Part shown: piece after piece, positions 1 to 7,316 of the stretch
Layout: each line of letters starts with the position of its first letter
Position numbering within the stretch: the stretch's first letter is position 1
Source: a virus
Lineage: Duplodnaviria; Caudoviricetes
IMG/VR virus record: IMGVR_UViG_3300020045_002660
Span: 1-25,965 of that record
Direction: 5' to 3' (one strand)
DNA length: 25,965 bases
Program-made: the position numbers and the translations under genes
Notes under the pieces: model-generated
Told to the model about the DNA's origin: nothing
Seen by the model: the letters and a program-made list of their open reading frames with translations, nothing else
Database searches by the model: none

Positions 1-106
1 TTGCGCAAACAACGCCAAAGATAGCAACTGCAATTGAAGTCACAGGCGCGAACACAGCAACTAAAAGCGCCATAAGTCCGATTGATTTTAAGGATAATTT
101 TTTCAT
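1..106 (-). CDS. Partial CDS running off the window edge; N-terminus identical to the major capsid leader (MKKLSLKSIGLMALLVAVFAPVTSIAVAIFGVVCA...)
   Basis: ATG at 106-104; DNA 1-121 is identical to 2040-2160; preceded by an A-rich leader and a TATATTTG box at 173-166. Confidence 0.65.
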   Translation of the reverse strand, partial: MKKLSLKSIGLMALLVAVFAPVTSIAVAIFGVVCA

Positions 107-121
107 TGTGTTTTTGTTTTT
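1..121. repeat. Exact direct repeat, copy A (at least 121 bp, truncated by the window edge)
   Basis: Base-by-base match to 2040-2160; diverges at 122 (t) vs 2161 (g). Confidence 0.95.
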
Positions 122-165
122 TCCGTCAATAAAACGGCCGAAATTCTTTCCTGTAAATTCATAAA

Positions 166-173
166 CAAATATA
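166..173 (-). promoter_or_regulatory. Bacteroidota sigma-A -7 box (TATATTTG), no clear -33 box
   Basis: Matches TAnnTTTG, directly after the terminator and ~60 nt upstream of the ATG at 106. Confidence 0.55.
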
Positions 174-174
174 T

Positions 175-211
175 AAAAAATCCCAATACATTGAACGCAT
201 TGGGATTTTTT
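175..211 (-). terminator. Intrinsic (potentially bidirectional) terminator after the capsid/tube genes
   Basis: AAAAAATCCCAAT (175-187) / ATTGGGATTTTTT (199-211) inverted repeat with A/T tracts on both sides. Confidence 0.85.
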
Positions 212-236
212 GTATATGAAATAAAATTATTTATTT

Positions 237-866
237 TTACAATAAACCTTCGACAATTGCTTTTGTCGTTGCGTAGTCAGTTAAGAACAATGTTTTCGGC
301 ATGTGTGGTTCTGGCGAAAGGTCAGAAGTTTTCAATATAATATCGAAAGCCCCTTGCGTATCTGAAGAATTCACGTCGCGAATCATTTGTGTAACAACTA
401 AGCCAGCGTCAGCGCCATAAATTTCATACGCTGCATCGCCTGAAGCGCCTTTGTATTTGTTTGATACAATAGCAACAAAGCGTCCTTTTGCTTTCTTTTC
501 AAGTTGCGCTTTTGCCGCTGCATTCACTCCAAAAACTTTGTAGTTTAATTCGTGATTGTAAACTTCAGCGAAAGGCTGCTTGATCATTTCAAACTTAGGA
601 GCGATCGAATTGTTTTTTCCGTCCATTGTGTAAGCCACAATTCCAGAAGACAAAATGATATTTTCAACAATCTGCGGATTCAAAGAATTCAACGTCAACG
701 AAGCGTCTAACCAGTCTTCCCAGTTGATTAACGTCAAAGTGTCTTCCGATCCCGCTTGCAACGGATTGTCGCAATTGATCGTTTGATTTGCGGAAATTTT
801 CCCGCATAGCGTCCCGAACATTGAAACGATCGCAACGCCTGTAAAACTTTTTTTTCTGTTTAACAT
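237..866 (-). CDS. Virion structural protein, probable major tail tube protein
   Basis: Follows the MCP; ~209 aa; C..I.....C.NP...G.E....LIN and G.FVAIV..K pattern recalled from Bacteroidota phage structural proteins; ATG at 866 preceded by A-rich tttaatttaaaaaaa, preferred over 908. Confidence 0.55.
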   Translation of the reverse strand: MLNRKKSFTGVAIVSMFGTLCGKISANQTINCDNPLQAGSEDTLTLINWEDWLDASLTLNSLNPQIVENIILSSGIVAYTMDGKNNSIAPKFEMIKQPFAEVYNHELNYKVFGVNAAAKAQLEKKAKGRFVAIVSNKYKGASGDAAYEIYGADAGLVVTQMIRDVNSSDTQGAFDIILKTSDLSPEPHMPKTLFLTDYATTKAIVEGLL

Positions 867-893
867 TTTTTTTAAATTAAAATATTTATTTAA

Positions 894-917
894 GCGGGCG
901 ACGATCAAGCCGCCCGC
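894..917 (-). promoter_or_regulatory. GC-rich hairpin between MCP and tube gene (mRNA stabiliser or weak terminator)
   Basis: GCGGGCG (894-900) / CGCCCGC (911-917); no true U-tract follows on the - strand. Confidence 0.6.
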
Positions 918-927
918 GTTTATTTTT

Positions 928-2145
928 TTAGTATGCTACCATTACTAACTCGTCCTGAACTAACTTCGCGTCCAATGTATATTCAACGTCAATGAAGTTC
1001 TTTTTCGATTTCTTATCATAGAACACGTCAACGCCGTTGAACGAATTGTTATCTTCTAAACCGATTTGAATATTGTCAGTAGTCGTCAAAACGATTCTGT
1101 GCGGATCGTAGTATTTTGTACCATTGCTAAAGTTTGTGCGGATAAGACGATCCCATAAATTCCAGCCAATCACTTGAATTCCGCCAGACTTTAACAAAGT
1201 CATTCCGTTTTCAAGACGTTCAGTTGTATAGGCAACGTTAGCGCTTGACAATTCTTTTTCGTATTGATCGGCAACCGATTGCGTACAAATATAAACTAAG
1301 TTAGCTTTCTCGCGCAATCTGTAATCTGCGCCGAATCTCATTGCTTGTAAGTAACCAGAAACAACCTTATTTGTCACGTCAGTTGCGTCAAATGCTTGAT
1401 TCGCAAAAGTTGATTGTGCGTTTCTTGAAATTGCAATTTTCTTTGTTGCGTCAGCCGCTACGATTGTGTAGATTTGATTCCAGATTCCGTTAATGTGATT
1501 GAACAACGTCACGTCTGTTCCTGCTGTTAAAATACCCGCTGGCGAATCCGTAACAGTTGCATGATCAACGTCAGCGAACCAAGCAATGCGGAACAATGCT
1601 TCAAGGTTAGCAAATTTTAAACGCTCCTGAACGAAAACTAAGAAGTCAGTCGATGTCAAGTCTGCTTTTTCAACTCCGTTGTTTGTGCCCCAAACAAAGA
1701 AAGTATTCAAAAGATCGTCGCCGCAAGCCTCCAAACGAATTGAATTTTTTTCAGGCTCCCAGAACTTTTCTGACATTCCGATTGATACATTGTCGCTCGC
1801 TGGATCGCAAGTCTTACCAGATTTTCCAACCATTCCAAGCAATCCCAAAAGCGCGATTTGCTTTTTAGCTTTAATAGCTGGGACGATTTTATGGAATTTA
1901 TTAATTTCAGGGTTCGAATAAACATCTTCGAACGTTGCTTCTTGCAAGGTTTTAATTTCTTCGCCGTTGAAGGTTAAGTCAGAAGGCGTTAGAATCGCAA
2001 ATAATGAATTTGTTGCGTTTAAATTTCCGCTCATTAACGTTGCGCAAACAACGCCAAAGATAGCAACTGCAATTGAAGTCACAGGCGCGAACACAGCAAC
2101 TAAAAGCGCCATAAGTCCGATTGATTTTAAGGATAATTTTTTCAT
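928..2145 (-). CDS. Major capsid protein with N-terminal hydrophobic extension
   Basis: 405 aa, directly downstream of the ClpP protease/scaffold; LTFNGEEI..., EKFWEP, RIAWFAD and C-terminal strand pattern fit Bacteroidota phage MCPs (recalled, not searched). Confidence 0.8.
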   Translation of the reverse strand: MKKLSLKSIGLMALLVAVFAPVTSIAVAIFGVVCATLMSGNLNATNSLFAILTPSDLTFNGEEIKTLQEATFEDVYSNPEINKFHKIVPAIKAKKQIALLGLLGMVGKSGKTCDPASDNVSIGMSEKFWEPEKNSIRLEACGDDLLNTFFVWGTNNGVEKADLTSTDFLVFVQERLKFANLEALFRIAWFADVDHATVTDSPAGILTAGTDVTLFNHINGIWNQIYTIVAADATKKIAISRNAQSTFANQAFDATDVTNKVVSGYLQAMRFGADYRLREKANLVYICTQSVADQYEKELSSANVAYTTERLENGMTLLKSGGIQVIGWNLWDRLIRTNFSNGTKYYDPHRIVLTTTDNIQIGLEDNNSFNGVDVFYDKKSKKNFIDVEYTLDAKLVQDELVMVAY

Positions 2146-2160
2146 TGTGTTTTTGTTTTT
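2040..2160. repeat. Exact direct repeat, copy B (15 nt of 5' UTR plus first 35 codons of MCP)
   Basis: Identical to 1-121. Confidence 0.95.
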
Positions 2161-2199
2161 GTGATTGTTTTTTATTGTTTTAGTTGTGTTATTTTTAGA

Positions 2200-3351
2200 T
2201 TACTTTTTTTTATATACTTCTTTTCTTTCTGCGATTTTTTCTTTCACAGATTTTTCAATAACTTGGCCGATCTTTTTCCCGGCTACGAATTTTTTAACTT
2301 CGCCTTTTGGAACATACGCCGAACCGATTTCGCCTTTCAACTTCGTTAATTCTTCATTCATTTGCGCTTCGAAATCTGCAAAGATTGTTTCTTTTTCAGT
2401 TTCTAACTGTGCGATTTTTTCTTTCAATTGTGCGATTTCCATTTCTGGCGTCATTTCATTTTTCGGAGCAACAGAAACGATTTTTCCGCCTTCGATTTTG
2501 ATAATGTCTTCGCCTAATTCGATTTCAACGTCAGTCATTGGAACTGTCATTGCTTCGTCAGAGAATGCAAGAACTTCGACTGTATTGTCTGCGACAAAGT
2601 CAGCAAGCGGCTTATTAAGATAGATCGTTGTTGATCCGTCAGTACTTGTCAAAACTTCTGCTTTTGCTTCTGCTGGCGCTGCAGCAACTTTGATTCCAAG
2701 TTCTTTTCGTAGATTTGTTAATCCGATAGCGACTAATTCTTTAACAGTTTTTTTCATTTGTTCGATTATTTGATTTGTATTTGTTTGCTTTTCTATAAAT
2801 GCGACCGCTTTCAATTGTGAACGCGGGATTATTTCCGAAACGAAATTGAATTGCTTGCATTGTTCGTCAGTCAAAGAAGTTTCAAGCGCCATTAATCCCT
2901 CCAAAGCCGTCTTATCTAAATTCGTAGCGTTTGCATACATTGATAACATTTCTTTTTCGAATGTCTTTATGTATTCGCTTGCGTCGCTTAATTCGCTTGC
3001 GTTTCCAGTAACACCAACAAGCATTGGATTGTGTATAACATATTGCGTCCCCGCAATCATTTTTCTGCGCGCTAAAGGTACGGACAAGTGTATTTCTGTG
3101 CCCATTGAAGCGCAAAGAGTGTCGGCGATTGTGTAAGCGTTTTCGAAAGACGAAATGTATTTTGATATTGCGCGGCCTATTTCAATTGATCCGCCTTGCG
3201 AATTAATGTAAACATTCACAATGTCGGCGTCTTTGTTGCCGTTCATTTGCAAAACAACGTCAGCCAATTCAACGCCCTTGATTCGAACGGTTCCGTCTTC
3301 ATTCAAAGTGTTTCCGATTTGGCCTGTGATGTATATGTTTGCAATTTTCAT
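2200..3351 (-). CDS. ClpP-like (S14) prohead maturation protease fused to a C-terminal coiled-coil scaffold
   Basis: IYITGQIG, INSQGGS, CASMG (catalytic Ser), IHNP (catalytic His); C-terminal EIAQLKEKIAQLETEK coiled coil; immediately upstream of the MCP. Confidence 0.9.
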   Translation of the reverse strand: MKIANIYITGQIGNTLNEDGTVRIKGVELADVVLQMNGNKDADIVNVYINSQGGSIEIGRAISKYISSFENAYTIADTLCASMGTEIHLSVPLARRKMIAGTQYVIHNPMLVGVTGNASELSDASEYIKTFEKEMLSMYANATNLDKTALEGLMALETSLTDEQCKQFNFVSEIIPRSQLKAVAFIEKQTNTNQIIEQMKKTVKELVAIGLTNLRKELGIKVAAAPAEAKAEVLTSTDGSTTIYLNKPLADFVADNTVEVLAFSDEAMTVPMTDVEIELGEDIIKIEGGKIVSVAPKNEMTPEMEIAQLKEKIAQLETEKETIFADFEAQMNEELTKLKGEIGSAYVPKGEVKKFVAGKKIGQVIEKSVKEKIAERKEVYKKK

Positions 3352-3375
3352 TTCTGCGTCGTTAATTAATTACAA

Positions 3376-3383
3376 CAAATTTA
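3376..3383 (-). promoter_or_regulatory. -7 box (TAAATTTG) of the head operon promoter
   Basis: TAnnTTTG ~25 nt upstream of the ClpP ATG; no TTTG at the -33 position. Confidence 0.65.
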
Positions 3384-3403
3384 TAATTGATTTGCGTCTT
3401 TCG

Positions 3404-3434
3404 TTTGACAATTGTTTGTCAATTCATATATTTG
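3404..3434 (+). promoter_or_regulatory. Consensus Bacteroidota promoter TTTG-N19-TATATTTG, apparently leaderless
   Basis: TTTG 3404-3407, 19-nt spacer, TATATTTG 3427-3434, ATG at 3439. Confidence 0.8.
3405..3422. promoter_or_regulatory. Palindromic candidate operator TTGACAA-N4-TTGTCAA
   Basis: Perfect 7-bp inverted repeat between the divergent promoters. Confidence 0.55.
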
Positions 3435-3438
3435 TAGA

Positions 3439-3954
3439 ATGAAAATAATCGTTTTAGGGCTTGGCGAATCTATCGTGAATTATTCGCCTTCAAACATTGA
3501 AACCATTGGCGTAAATGATATTTATAAACATTACAGTACTGATCACGTTGTTTGTATAGATCCGCCGAATCGTTTTGACAATATTCGGATAAGAACTATT
3601 TCAGAAAGTAGGCCGAAAACATTTTTTTCGCAATTGGATATCTGGAAACCGCTTGTCCATAATTTCAAAAAAATAGACTTTGCAATAGGACGCGGAAAGT
3701 TTGACGAACTCGATTCGGATCGCGTATGCTACGGCTGTTCGTCGCCGCTTGTTGCTACTGTGATAGCCTACAAAATGGGCGCAAAAGAAATTGAACTTTT
3801 CGGCGTTGACTTTAACACGCACCCTAATTTTGTAGGAAGAACGCTTGAAAGATCTGTCAACGAATTTATTCTTCTGAAAAAGGAATTGAACAAACGCGGC
3901 GTTGTTTTAAAAACGCAACCGCAATCAATTTTATTCGGGCACTTTTGCCCATAA
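3439..3954 (+). CDS. Maf/DUF115/MptE-like or sialyltransferase-like (CstII/GT29-type fold) glycosyltransferase
   Basis: IIVLGLGESI, TIGVND, SSPLVA..IAYKMGAKEIELFGVDF motifs of this superfamily; start set to the ATG at 3439 after the promoter. Confidence 0.7.
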   Translation: MKIIVLGLGESIVNYSPSNIETIGVNDIYKHYSTDHVVCIDPPNRFDNIRIRTISESRPKTFFSQLDIWKPLVHNFKKIDFAIGRGKFDELDSDRVCYGCSSPLVATVIAYKMGAKEIELFGVDFNTHPNFVGRTLERSVNEFILLKKELNKRGVVLKTQPQSILFGHFCP

Positions 3955-4545
3955 TTTTGGGTGAAATTCTTTTGGATTAAGCGCCCTTGTTCCGCGCTCC
4001 AAGTGCAAGACGCGGCCTTCTAAGTCGAAGTTTTTTAAATGATAACGCCCTTTTTGTTTTATAGATTTCATTGTCACTATAAACGGCGCCCCGTGATGTA
4101 TAATAGGATCATGCGTCAGGTATGCGTTTTTGTCTATTACACAGAAATACGGGTGCAAATAATCTAATCCGTCGTCGTTGTTTATTCCTGCGTCGTTTAC
4201 CTTTATAACGCGGCCGACGCCGAATGTATTTTTTTCAAACATAGAAATCATTGATTCTAAAACAGGCGCTTTTAAAATAGTGTCCGAATCAATCAATGCA
4301 ACGAATCTTGTTTTTGAAATTCCGATTCCTAACTTCATTCCGTTTCCGTGTCCTATGTTATATTCTACGCATTTAGCAATAGTATGAACGTCGTTCAATG
4401 TTTTTGCATACTCATAGCAAGGCGACTTCCTTTGCGATCCGTCGATTATAACAAGCGGCATTTCTGGATAAATTGATCGAATTGATTCGACGCATTGTTT
4501 TAATAAATCTTTTTGATTGTATGATACTATTACGCCTGTTATCAT
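3931..4545 (-). CDS. Glycosyltransferase family 2 (GT-A)
   Basis: VIVSYN, IIDGS, NIGHG.G, LIDSD (DxD). Confidence 0.88.
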   Translation of the reverse strand: MITGVIVSYNQKDLLKQCVESIRSIYPEMPLVIIDGSQRKSPCYEYAKTLNDVHTIAKCVEYNIGHGNGMKLGIGISKTRFVALIDSDTILKAPVLESMISMFEKNTFGVGRVIKVNDAGINNDDGLDYLHPYFCVIDKNAYLTHDPIIHHGAPFIVTMKSIKQKGRYHLKNFDLEGRVLHLERGTRALNPKEFHPKLWAKVPE

Positions 4546-5069
4546 TTTGCTACAATGAAAATTCTTTCGTTAATACCTTCTTTTATTTGCCCGAACTGTC
4601 CAATGTTTTCGACTGAATATCCAGAATTCAAAAACAACTCCGACAGCGTATTCAAGTTATAATGTTTAAAAACTGTTTTGTCTGGAATGTAGTTTGGGTT
4701 CTCGTTTAATTTTAGCCAGTCAGCGTTTGGCGTTATTGCTATAATCTTGCCGCCTTTGTTCAGGTTCTTTTTTAATCTTGAAAGAAGCGTTTCAATATAC
4801 TGAACATGCGCGATCGAATGCATAAAATAAATAATGTCGTACTGTGCGATATTGTCAATATATGTGAAATCTTCATTCCATTTTGTTTCGTCATATCCGA
4901 AAACTACATGTTCCGTGAATGCATTAAGTTTTTCTACATTCGATCCGATCCCGCACCCGTAGTCAAGAATAGTTTTAGGCTTTGCGCCGATAAGCGATTT
5001 TAAAAACTTGTATTCAATTTTATACTTTTCAGTGCTATTGAATTTTTGTAATTTGATTTTATAGTCCAT
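4542..5069 (-). CDS. Class I SAM-dependent methyltransferase
   Basis: ILDYGCGIG motif I, YDIIYFMHSIAHV, LNKGGKII.ITPN. Confidence 0.92.
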   Translation of the reverse strand: MDYKIKLQKFNSTEKYKIEYKFLKSLIGAKPKTILDYGCGIGSNVEKLNAFTEHVVFGYDETKWNEDFTYIDNIAQYDIIYFMHSIAHVQYIETLLSRLKKNLNKGGKIIAITPNADWLKLNENPNYIPDKTVFKHYNLNTLSELFLNSGYSVENIGQFGQIKEGINERIFIVAK

Positions 5070-5961
5070 AAATCTGCGTTATTTTTTTAGCTGTTTTTGA
5101 AAATGAATGAAATTCTTCTGCCCAGACGCGGGACTTTATTTGGTTTATTTGCACGTTTTTAATTGCTGCGGCAAATGCTTTTTTGAATTCAGAATCTGTG
5201 TTGTATTTAAAAAATGGCGTGTTCACTCCGTAGCTTTCAAAGTAGATTCGTTCGCCTATGTTTTGTGTCAAAACAACTTTTCCCATTGCAGCGCATTCAA
5301 GCGCCGTCACTCCAAAAGATCCGTATTTTTTGCCGTTCTGTTCTGGATTAAACAATTCAATATAAACATCGCAAGAATTCATTCTTTCAAGTTGCTGTTC
5401 GTAATCGACAATAGATTCGCTGAATTTATATTCGAAGTCGAATTCGCTTTTCAATTCACTTATAAGTGAATTTATTCTTTCGGTTCCTTTGACTTTTGGA
5501 TTTGAAGGAAAATGTCCGACAGCAACCTTCTTTCCTATTCTGTTTTGATACGGTTTTGTTTTTACAGTGTCGATCGCTCCGACTACATACTTTTCGTTTT
5601 TTGCTCCCTGTCCAATAAATTCAGGAAGTGCACAGATTGAAAGTTCGACAAAAGGATTGAATAGCGAATTGAAATAGCTTGATCGCTGGCGATATCTTGT
5701 CCCAGTATGAAACACGACAGTTCTTTTTCCTGTTGTGTATTTCAATGCGAAGTCTTCTGAATGGAAAATTTCAACGATGTCAGCGTCTTTTATTATTTCA
5801 GGAATTTCAGATTCGGAAACGACCTTTGATTGCGAATCGTATCTAAAAATATGGCTTTGCAATTTTATATCCACGCAATTAACGCCAATCGACCGCAATG
5901 CGTTCGCGTGGTTATGCATGAAATTTGCGTGATCGTCATTGCAAATGCTTACTATTTTCAT
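5059..5961 (-). CDS. Glycosyltransferase family 4-like (GT-B)
   Basis: GHFPSNPKVKGT, CDVYI, SFGVTALECAAMGKVV nucleotide-sugar-binding motif. Confidence 0.85.
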   Translation of the reverse strand: MKIVSICNDDHANFMHNHANALRSIGVNCVDIKLQSHIFRYDSQSKVVSESEIPEIIKDADIVEIFHSEDFALKYTTGKRTVVFHTGTRYRQRSSYFNSLFNPFVELSICALPEFIGQGAKNEKYVVGAIDTVKTKPYQNRIGKKVAVGHFPSNPKVKGTERINSLISELKSEFDFEYKFSESIVDYEQQLERMNSCDVYIELFNPEQNGKKYGSFGVTALECAAMGKVVLTQNIGERIYFESYGVNTPFFKYNTDSEFKKAFAAAIKNVQINQIKSRVWAEEFHSFSKTAKKITQIYGL

Positions 5962-6463
5962 TCTTTAAATCTTTTACAAAGTCAGGAAGCCAAGTCATTT
6001 TCCCTGTCACATTCATTTCGTGTTTCCCTTTTTCCTTTATCAATCCGAACCAGTGATTCAATTCTTCTTTCGTGTGGAAATAGCGATAGACGTTTCTTAT
6101 TTCGCAATCGCCAGTTTGTTGTATTTTCGTTTTAATGTAGTTGTAAATAGTATTAGGATTGTCGCCCCATGTTATTGATCCGATCCGAAAAATGCAATAG
6201 TTTTCGAATGTTTCCTTGACGATTCTTTCACAGTTCAATTTGTGTTCCGTGTATTCGGTTCGTCTTTCTGCTTCAGGATAATAGATATTTAGTCCGCTTA
6301 TATAAACGAACATTTTGTCGCGATCGCAATTTAGAATTCGATTGATTTCTTTCTGCTTTCTTTCTTCGGTAAGTTCGAATCGGTTCGATTCTCCGCAAGC
6401 AAAAAAAATGAATCCTTCTTTGTCTGTGATCACGCTGGCGATCGCTCCGCGTCCTAAGATCAT
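5936..6463 (-). CDS. Short NAD-dependent epimerase/dehydratase/reductase (SDR-like)
   Basis: MILGRGAIA glycine motif, IFFACGESN, FVYIS, catalytic YTEHK (YxxxK), IFRI. Confidence 0.75.
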   Translation of the reverse strand: MILGRGAIASVITDKEGFIFFACGESNRFELTEERKQKEINRILNCDRDKMFVYISGLNIYYPEAERRTEYTEHKLNCERIVKETFENYCIFRIGSITWGDNPNTIYNYIKTKIQQTGDCEIRNVYRYFHTKEELNHWFGLIKEKGKHEMNVTGKMTWLPDFVKDLKNENSKHLQ

Positions 6464-7161
6464 TTGTATATTTGTTTTAGTTTATTACGCATTGATAATT
6501 CTTCGATATCATTCATTTTTTCGCGTCTGCATTTGTTTGATTCTTGGCCTTGATGTACTGTGTATTTCATAACTGCGTCAGAAACAAAATCGACGTTTAA
6601 TTCTTTCAAGCATCTAATTTTAAAAAGCCAATCGAAGTAATATCGCAAATCTGGATCAAATCTGAACGGCAAGTTCGAACGATACATTAAGGTAGTGAAA
6701 TTTATGTATTCGTCGACAAGAATTCTTTCTTTGTCTGGAATAGCTGCAGGAATGAAATTCAAAAATTCGCCTTTTATATTTTGCGTAAACACTCCGCCAT
6801 AAACGACGTCTGTTTTTTTGTTTTTTAAAAATCTTTCAGCGCGAATCGAAATGCTTGATTCCGTTAATTCGTCGTCGTCATGTAGCTGGCAAATAAGATC
6901 CGCGCTTGATTTTTCCCAGATTAAATTCCAGTTATTCGGCGGCCTGTTATTATTCAATGAACTATGAATCAAAATTCTTTCGTGTCCTTTGTAGTGCTTC
7001 AATATTTCTGGCGTTCCGTCTGTTGAAGCGTCGTCCAGAATTATAAGTCTGCTTTTTTTGTAATCGTTTTTTATGAACGATTCAATAGCACGTTCGACAA
7101 GCGTTGTTTCTCCTATCTTTTGGCCTCTGTTAAAAGTCGCCATTAAAACGTCAACATTCAT
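6460..7161 (-). CDS. Glycosyltransferase family 2 (GT-A)
   Basis: VLMATFNR, ILDDASTDGT, LHDDD, DWLFKIR; ATG at 7161 overlaps the upstream stop (ATGA). Confidence 0.92.
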   Translation of the reverse strand: MNVDVLMATFNRGQKIGETTLVERAIESFIKNDYKKSRLIILDDASTDGTPEILKHYKGHERILIHSSLNNNRPPNNWNLIWEKSSADLICQLHDDDELTESSISIRAERFLKNKKTDVVYGGVFTQNIKGEFLNFIPAAIPDKERILVDEYINFTTLMYRSNLPFRFDPDLRYYFDWLFKIRCLKELNVDFVSDAVMKYTVHQGQESNKCRREKMNDIEELSMRNKLKQIYK

Positions 7162-7316
7162 AGCGCTGCGTAAATTAAAAATGACCAGATTGAAATTGTA
7201 AACAAAACAATAAGAAGCCAAACAATTTTCGCCTGTCTTTTGTCCCTTACTTTTTTTTGTTCGTTAAGGACATGCGTTCTGTAACCTCTGCCGAAATATT
7301 TATCTTGATTGATCAT
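7158..7316 (-). CDS. 52-aa single-pass membrane protein, not in the ORF track
   Basis: MINQDKYFGRGYRTHVLNEQKKVRDKRQAKIVWLLIVLFTISIWSFLIYAAL; ATGA overlaps at both ends fill the gap exactly. Confidence 0.8.
   Translation of the reverse strand: MINQDKYFGRGYRTHVLNEQKKVRDKRQAKIVWLLIVLFTISIWSFLIYAAL

Noticed and set aside
1-121. Repeat as a DGR template/variable pair, CRISPR repeat, att site or terminal repeat
   Set aside because: Copies are identical with no adenine-specific differences; no reverse transcriptase, spacers or integrase seen; the partner copy is internal rather than at the other window end
830-866. Type IV prepilin-like leader (RKKSFTGVAI resembles KKGFTLIE)
   Set aside because: Lacks Gly at -1 and Glu at +5, and the hydrophobic run is too short
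2030-2060. Lipobox at FGVVC in the MCP leader
   Set aside because: The residue before Cys is Val, not G/A/S, and the Cys is far from the N-terminus; does not fit the consensus
7162-7221. Extended N-terminus of the GT2 given in the ORF track
   Set aside because: This region encodes the 52-aa membrane peptide in another frame; the ATG at 7161 gives a canonical GT2 start
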